A DNA stretch of 64,000 bases from Eledone cirrhosa (Eukaryota). A program made the position numbers and the translations under genes. A model generated the notes under the pieces. It did no database searches, had not been told where the DNA came from, and saw only the letters and a list, made by a program, of their open reading frames with translations. The stretch is taken from contig OZ024740.1 of assembly GCA_964016885.1 (NCBI GenBank), forward strand, positions 117,800,001 to 117,864,000. Direction: 5' to 3'. Of the stretch, positions 56,708-64,000 are shown one piece after another. Positions within the stretch are counted from its first letter, which is position 1. Each line of letters opens with the position of its first letter.

Positions 56708-57640
56708 GATTTTTAACATATTTAAATCAATTGTGAAATAACAATTCTTAGTACAAATATTGCATAAACCACCGAATCAAGTCCCATAAAATTTCGGATC
56801 CATATTATATTGTTATATCGCTCAAATATTCAATTTTGTATTATATATTTTGTATTCAAAAAGAAATTGGTTATAAATGGAAGAAAACACCCTCTGTCTA
56901 CACTATATAGAACAGCCAAATAACAGCAATTTTACCAACACCATAAACTTGATACACCACCTACCCCATCACACTAAATATAACAGCAAGATAACGGCAA
57001 TTTCACCACCACCACCACCAATCCCAGCATCATGATAATAATTACTATTATTATTGTCTCAAGTTTTAACAAAATGTTTAATTTCAATTTTACGGGAATA
57101 TATATTAAACATACGCGATCATTTTACACAATATATATTAAACATACGCGACACAAACTCATAGATACTACATATCACAAAACTCAGTAACGACAACGCC
57201 ACCGCCACCACCACTCCATCCATCATTGCTACCACTATCCCATCACCGCCGCCACCACTCCTTCATTGCTACCACCACTATTCCCCTGTTAACTTGAGAG
57301 AGAAAGGGGAAGGTGGCGGTATCACTAGACAAGGGAGAGGCTAGCAAAAGATATAAATAGATTGACTTAGTGATCTGGCCACCGGCCAAACGTCAATATC
57401 AACAACTATGGCACTGTTGGCTCACCCCTTCCTCACCAACAATATAAAAAGCCCCATCACCACCACCGACATAGCCAACAACAATAACAGGCAACTTCAG
57501 CAAAAAGTATATTATATTATTGTAATGCACTGGGTGATTGCTGGCCTTGTGCCTGGAGTGGAGACAATTATTAATAATTTCATTCTTAAGCCACGCAATG
57601 CTCACATTAAGGAACCACTCATGATAATAACAATTTAAAA
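56708..57640 (+). repeat. Unclassified unit X2 (paralogue of X1) including a SINE 3' fragment at ~57525-57572
   Basis: TTTTAACATATTTAAATCA...GAAATAACAATTCTTAGTACAAAT etc. shared with X1; GCACTGGGTGATTGCTGGCCTTGTGCCT matches the SINE end at 10369. Confidence 0.75.
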
Positions 57641-57649
57641 AACAACAAC

Positions 57650-60600
57650 AAAAAGAAATCCCCGTGACCAAGAAATACCGGGATGGCGACCGGCGGGGAA
57701 TAGCCATGTCTCTAGGGGAGAACGACTCCTCTAGTCTTGGTTGACACTCGTTCTAGAAGTGGTAACACGAAATGTTTACCCCTTGGCGGATAAAGATAAA
57801 ACGCGAAAAAATAAAGTAAATGTCTAATGATAAAATCTCATACCGAATCGGCCGTCACCCGGGTAAAAAAAAAGGCCGCGTCCCTCAAAGAGGAACCAGA
57901 CTGTGGTCGAAAAATCAGCTAATGGTTCAAACCTTCCCATCACTTCGGAGCTGGAGACCTCCCATAACCGGAATACTCCTACTGTTGGCCCTCCATGCTC
58001 ACCACCAAGAAATCCAAAGAAAAAGACAGAAAAATGGTCAAGGGAAGATAATAAAGAAGTCCTTGAGGCTTTCTACACTGCCATGTACTACCCATCGAAT
58101 ACATCGAATACAGAACAGACATATATCAACTGGAAAAAGAAACATCCCGAAAACAGAGGCTATATTGACAGTAACAAACTAGCCAATATACGAAGAAATA
58201 TTGTAAGAAAAAAGTTACTAACTGATATAGAAATTGATCAGATCAAGCTATTAGCACAAAGTCAGCGAAGGGAAAATGAAACATGTGTCAGTGAAAACGA
58301 GGTAAATTGTAACACTTCGAATCCCAGGGTTGGGGCGGAATCACTGGCAACAGAACAAATTAAAGAAAGGATCGAAAAAGTGGAGGGAGTGCATGCTCAG
58401 GAAGAAACTCCAAATGAAAATAATGAGATCGTAAATGATAAAGAAATGAATGAGAATGAACTTGCCAACTTGAAGGATGAAATTATGATCGAATGGATGA
58501 AAATAAAAGAATCTGACATGGGGAAACGAGACACCCTCCCTAAGATCCAGAACTCCAAACAGAACCAAAAGATAATACACAAGACTAACATAATTCTCAA
58601 AAACATTATCATCACAAACAAACTAAACATTACTGATTTAAATCATCTATATTATGCATCGGCTAAAGTCACCACTCACCTATGTGGAGTGAAGATGAAA
58701 AAACAAAGGAATTCCCATAAGAAATCTACTTGGCAAGAGCTCATCAATCGCCAAATAAACCTTCTCCGATTTGACATAGAAATTTTAACAAACTATAAGG
58801 TATGTTAAACAAACTAAACTTAGAAAATTGAAAAAAAAGTACAGTATAAAATCAACAAGTGACATAGACATGCTGATAGAAATAATGAAGCAAAAAGTGT
58901 CGGCCAAAGCTGCTCGTATAAGGCGCTTTGAAAAACGATCTAGATTCTATAAGGACAATAATATGTTCAAAAACAACCAAAGAAACTTCTACAGAAAAAT
59001 TGGTAAGTCAACAATAACTGATAAATCAATACCACCCAAGGAGGAAGTGCAAGAATTCCGGGAAAAGATCTGGGCCGAAGAAAAAGTTCATAACATACAT
59101 GCCCCATGGATAGACAGACAAATGAAAGATACAGCTCACCTTGAGGAACAAATATGGGAAAATATAACATTTGAACAGTTGCGCTTGGCTCTAAGAAAAA
59201 CCAGCAAATGGAAATCCCCAGGAAAAGACAAAATACAAAACTTTTGGATAAATGCCTTCACAGAGCCGCATGAGCTGTTAGCCCAACTTTACAATGAAAT
59301 AGTTAAGGAGCCAGAAAAGATACCATCATGGCTAGTTAACGGCATTACATTCCTGCTTCCGAAGAATGATGAGACAAACAATCCCAAAAATTACAGACCG
59401 ATAACTTGCTTGACCACAATGTATAACATTTTAACATCAGTCCTAACTGAATACACATATGACCACCAGATAACAAATGACCTATTTCCCATTGAGCAGA
59501 AAGGGTGTAAACGAGGCTCATATGGCTGTAAGGATCAGCTTCTGGTTAACAAAATGATACTGGAAGATTGTCATAATAGACACAAAAATCTATCGATTGC
59601 TTGGATAGATTATAAAAAAGCATTTGATAGTTTGCCACACAGTTGGATTGAAAAATGTTTAGAGATTTTCAAAGTATCCCCCGTTGTCAGGAGGTTTTTG
59701 TCATTCAGTATGAAGACATGGAAAACGACACTCCTTTTGAATAGTGAAACAAAATCACTGGAAGCTGGAGAAGTTAATATTAATTGTGGAATTTTTCAGG
59801 GTGACTCTTTATCACCGCTTTTATTCTGCATCGTACTTATACCATTAAGTAAAATGCTCAATGAAACAAAACATGGATATAAAGTCTATGACAAAACCAT
59901 TAATCACCTGTTCTACATGGATGACCTGAAACTATTTGCAAAAAATGATGAACAATTGCAAGGGCTATTATCCACTGTGAAGCAGTTCAGTGATGACATT
60001 AAAATGGAGTTTGGACTAGATAAATGCGCCAAAGCAACGTTCACCAGAGGAAAGCTGCTGAAGAGTTCAGACATTAATCTTGATCGGGGGAACGGGATAA
60101 GAGAACTTGATCAAGAAAAAACTTACAAATATCTAGGTGTTTGTGAAGGAGACGGAATCAAGCACTCGACAATGAGGCAAAGGATAAGGAAGGAATGTTA
60201 CCGCAGAGTAAGAGCAATCTTAAGAACGGAATTGAATGCAAGGAATAGGATCGATGCCATAAACACGCTTGCCATAGCAGTAGTAACCTACAGTTACAAT
60301 GTCATCAACTGGTCAAGCACAGAGATCCGTAGGCTCGATACAAAAATTCGAAAATTCTTAACCATGCACAGAATGCGTCACCCTAAGGCAGATATAGATA
60401 GAATATATCTCCCTAGGAAAGAAGGAGGACGTGGGTTAATCCAGTTAGACATTGCGTTGAAAACTGCAACAATTGGATTATCTACATATCTAAGGGAATT
60501 ACATGATTGGATGATCAAACTCGTTTTGAAACACGAAAGCATCAAAAGATCATATTCCATTACAAAAGATGCACAAAGATACAGTAATGGACTACAAATT

Positions 60601-61607
60601 TCAGAAGTCCCATTTACTGCTGAAATGGAAAACACAGAAAAAGCAAAGCAGGTAAAAGTAACTGCAAAGAAAGAACTGCTACAGAAACTGGCTAAGAAAT
60701 AGCAAGAAAAGCCTCTGTATGGAAAATACCCAGAGCGAGCTAACAATCCTGATGTTGACAAAACTTTAACCCATCAGTGGTTGGCATCCTCTGGACTGAA
60801 ATCGGAGACTGATGGACTGATTATATCGGCACAAGATCAGTGTCTGCCAACAAAAAATTACCAAGCCAACATAATAAAAAATGGGTGCAGCCCATTATGC
60901 CGTGTATGCAAAAAACAACCAGAGACCATTGACCATATAATTTCAATGTGCAGTCCTATAGCTCCAACCGAATACCTAAACAGGCATGACAGAGCTGCAC
61001 AATACATACATTGGATAATGTGTAAGCATTTTGACCTGCCCCATCAAAAGAATTGGTGGGAGCATCAACCACCTCCCATACTTGAAAAAGATCACATCTC
61101 AATCTTGTGGAACTTTAGCATCCAAACAGACCGAAAAATAGATGCAAACAGACCTGATATAATATTGAAAGACTTTCAAAAGAGGGTATGCCTGCTGATT
61201 GATATGTCTGTTCCAATAGACAAGAATGTATCTATAAAAACATTTGAAAAATTGAGCAAGTATAAGGACCGGGAGATAGAAATTGGAGAAATGTGGAAAT
61301 TGAGAACTAAAACAAAACCAGTGGTTGTAGGCGCTCTGGGAATGATACCTAAGGGGTCTAATGATTACATATCGCAAATCCCAGGAAACCCGCGTATAGG
61401 AGAAATACAAAATATAGTACTAATGGGAACTGCCCATATACTAAGGAAGATTCTGTCAATATAAGTACATCACAAGTCTAAACACTAAAGATGCATGTGT
61501 GAATATGTATGTTCTTTCTTGAACATGGCGGATCTTGTTGTCTCTTGAGGTCACTGGTTGTGACTTGGTGATAACTCGTATGAACATAAAGCAAGATAAA
61601 TGCAACT

Positions 61608-61608
<1 letters not shown>
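57650..61608 (+). mobile_element. Full-length R4/Dong-clade retrotransposon, family B (few lesions)
   Basis: ORF pieces 57820/57903-58808, 58828-60702 and 60781-61464 carry [55 protein letters not shown]...ETIDHIISMC, RHD and RPDIILKD...LIDMSVP; (TAA)n tail 61609-61657. Confidence 0.93.
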
Positions 61609-61657
<49 letters not shown>

Positions 61658-61668
61658 CCTCGATTCTA

Positions 61669-64000
61669 ATTCGCCAATCCTCGATAAGAGTGTTTAAATA
61701 TCGAACATAAACAGTTCGAATAACGGTGAAATGGAGACTAGAACGTCATGTGACAGACTCTCACCCAACAGGTGCCCCCTGGCTCAGCAGCAGGAACCTG
61801 ACTGTCAACCAAATACTGCTGATGTTGGAGGAAGAAGAAGAAGGAAAGGGGCCAGAACCAATTGGACGAAAGAATTGAATAGAACTGTTATGCAATGCTA
61901 CCTGAAAAGTAACCCCAAGGAGAGGGGCTACAGGAGACGGATGCATAACATCTGGAACGAGATTGGTTTATTTAAATTAGATGAACAAAAATTGGCCGGT
62001 CAGGCTCGGGTAATAAGAACTAATGGGTGGATAAGCGAGCTGGAACTGGAGGAACTGAGCAGAGAGAATGGCTTGGAGATGGCGGGTGTAGTATGCCAGA
62101 CAAGCGAGCCAGTGGGAAATGAAGGTGAAGAGGTCCTGAGAACGGAGGAACCACCCGAAGCAGACAATGATCTGAATACTGAGATAAATAATACCTGGAA
62201 CAGAGATACGGCCACTGAGAAGATGAATGCTGACGGGCTAGGACAAGATTCGGTTGACATCCTAAATTTAGTGGTAGATGAATTGAACAATGATAGTGGG
62301 AGACCTATGAACCTAAGATTTGTAGACAGGAAAAAGTTAAAAGAAACAACAGCTAAGGTAAACAAAGTCATCCCATACCTTGAGGCGAGGAGCCTTCACC
62401 AGTGCAACAATATCCTCAAAGCAACAGCAAATACGGTGAGGAAACTACTTGGTATAAAAGCGAGAGGAAACAACAGACAAGAAAGAGCAGAGCCGTGGTG
62501 GAAGAAGCTACTGAGTGGGCAAATCGGGGAAATGAGGAATGACATAGGAAAGCTTGAGTCACTACTGAATGGGACACTAAAAAACATAGGCACTAAAAAT
62601 AGACTGGAAATAAAATACATAACTAGGAGTAAAAAGCTAAATATTATCATAGAGGAATTGAAGCAACGCATTGTAGCAAAGAGTGCAAAAATCAGGCGAT
62701 ACGAGAACAGAGTCAGTCAGTATAAACAGAACCGCATGTTCGACAACAACCAGAAGATGCTGTTTGGACAGCTTGAGGGGAAAGAAAGAGGCAACGACTT
62801 GATCCCTGGGGCGGAACAAACTAAAACATTCTGGAGAGGAATATGGGAGCAGGATGTTAGACACAATGCCCAGGCAGGGTGGATTGATACAGTACAGAGG
62901 GAGATCGGTGAGCAGGCACAACAACAAACTGATTTGAGTATCACAGTTGAAACTCTTAAGGGGCAAGCCAAAAAACTAACCAACTGGAAATCACCAGGCC
63001 CAGATGGTGTGCAGGGGTATTGGATTAAACATTTAACATCCCTCCACCCGAAGCTGACGGCCATGTTCAATGACTGCTTGGTGTCGGGTGAGGTGACAGA
63101 GTGGTTGACAAAAGGTACCACAGTTCTGATAATGAAAGACCGAATCAAGGGTAATGATGTTACCAACTATAGACCTATCACATGTCTGTCCGTAATGTGG
63201 AAACTGTTGACGAGCATTGTGTCTGAGGAAATCTACCACCACCTCCACACAAACAACTTGTTACCGGACGAACAGAAATGATGCCGAAAGAAGTCACGTG
63301 GTACAAAGGACCAGTTACTTATTGATAAGATGGTAATGGGGAATTGCAGGAGGAGACACACTGATCTTGCCATGGGATGGATAGACTACAGAAAGGCATT
63401 TGACATGGTGCCTCATTCCTGGATCACCAAAAACCTGGAGATCTTCAGGGTGGCAGATAACATCAGACAGTTGCTGGGCAGGAGTATGGGGTCCTGGGAG
63501 ACAAAGTTGACATCAACTGGAGTATCCTTGGGAAGCGTGAAGATCAAGAGAGGTATCTTCCAGGGAGATAGCCTGTCCCCTCTGTTGTTTGTCCTTGCCC
63601 TGATGCCCTTGACCATTATGCTGCGAAAAGTGAGAGCAGGATACAAGTTGGGAAGGGGAGAGCTTACCATCAATCACCTCCTCTTCATGGACGATCTTAA
63701 GCTCTTCGGGAAAAGTGAGGAGTTGGATGTGCTTGTTGACACTGTCAGTATTTTCAGCAGTGATATATGTATGCAGTTTGGTATTGGTAAATGTGGAGTC
63801 ATTGTAATGAAGAGGGCCAGGTTGAGCAGAAGTAACGGGATCCAGATACCAACAGGTGAGATGATAAAGGAAATTGACTCTGAGGAAGGATACAAGTATT
63901 TGGGCGTTCTGGAGGCTGATGGCATAAAGAACAAAAAAATGAAGGAATTGTTAAGAACTGAATACATTCGGAGAGTAAGGAGCGTATTGAAGTCACATCT
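61669..64000 (+). mobile_element. Dong family A copy A2, 5'-complete, running off the window end
   Basis: Same 5' start ATTCGCCAATCCTCGATAAGAG as 48146; ORF 61731-63281 ends at a GGA>TGA nonsense change, and RT motifs continue beyond it. Confidence 0.93.

Noticed and set aside
33001-64000. Telomeric (HeT-A/TART- or TRAS/SART-like) function of the array
   Set aside because: No TTAGGG repeats or chromosome end are visible in the window; only the architectural analogy is retained.

Overview
AT-rich, microsatellite-dense animal genomic DNA. The SINE and LINE families resemble those of cephalopods (Octopus); this is an inference from repeat content. No intact host gene can be supported. The first half (1-33 kb) holds decayed transposons: RTE LINEs (one with a TSD inside a SINE, one with a 5' inversion), Penelope-like GIY-YIG remnants with inverted repeats and a hammerhead motif, a hAT fragment, SINEs and a jockey/CR1-like remnant. 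The second half (33-64 kb) is a continuous ~31-kb array of 10 non-LTR retrotransposon copies, most separated only by (AAT)n tracts that all read AAT on the + strand. Three APE-type Tx1/L1-clade copies (two families) lie on the minus strand, pointing left with (ATT)n tails. Seven restriction-like-endonuclease R4/Dong-clade copies (two families) lie on the plus strand, pointing right with (TAA)n tails. Two copies of an unclassified non-coding unit also sit in the array. Two unrelated retrotransposon clades thus appear to share one microsatellite target from opposite strands, reminiscent of TRAS/SART in insect telomeric repeats.
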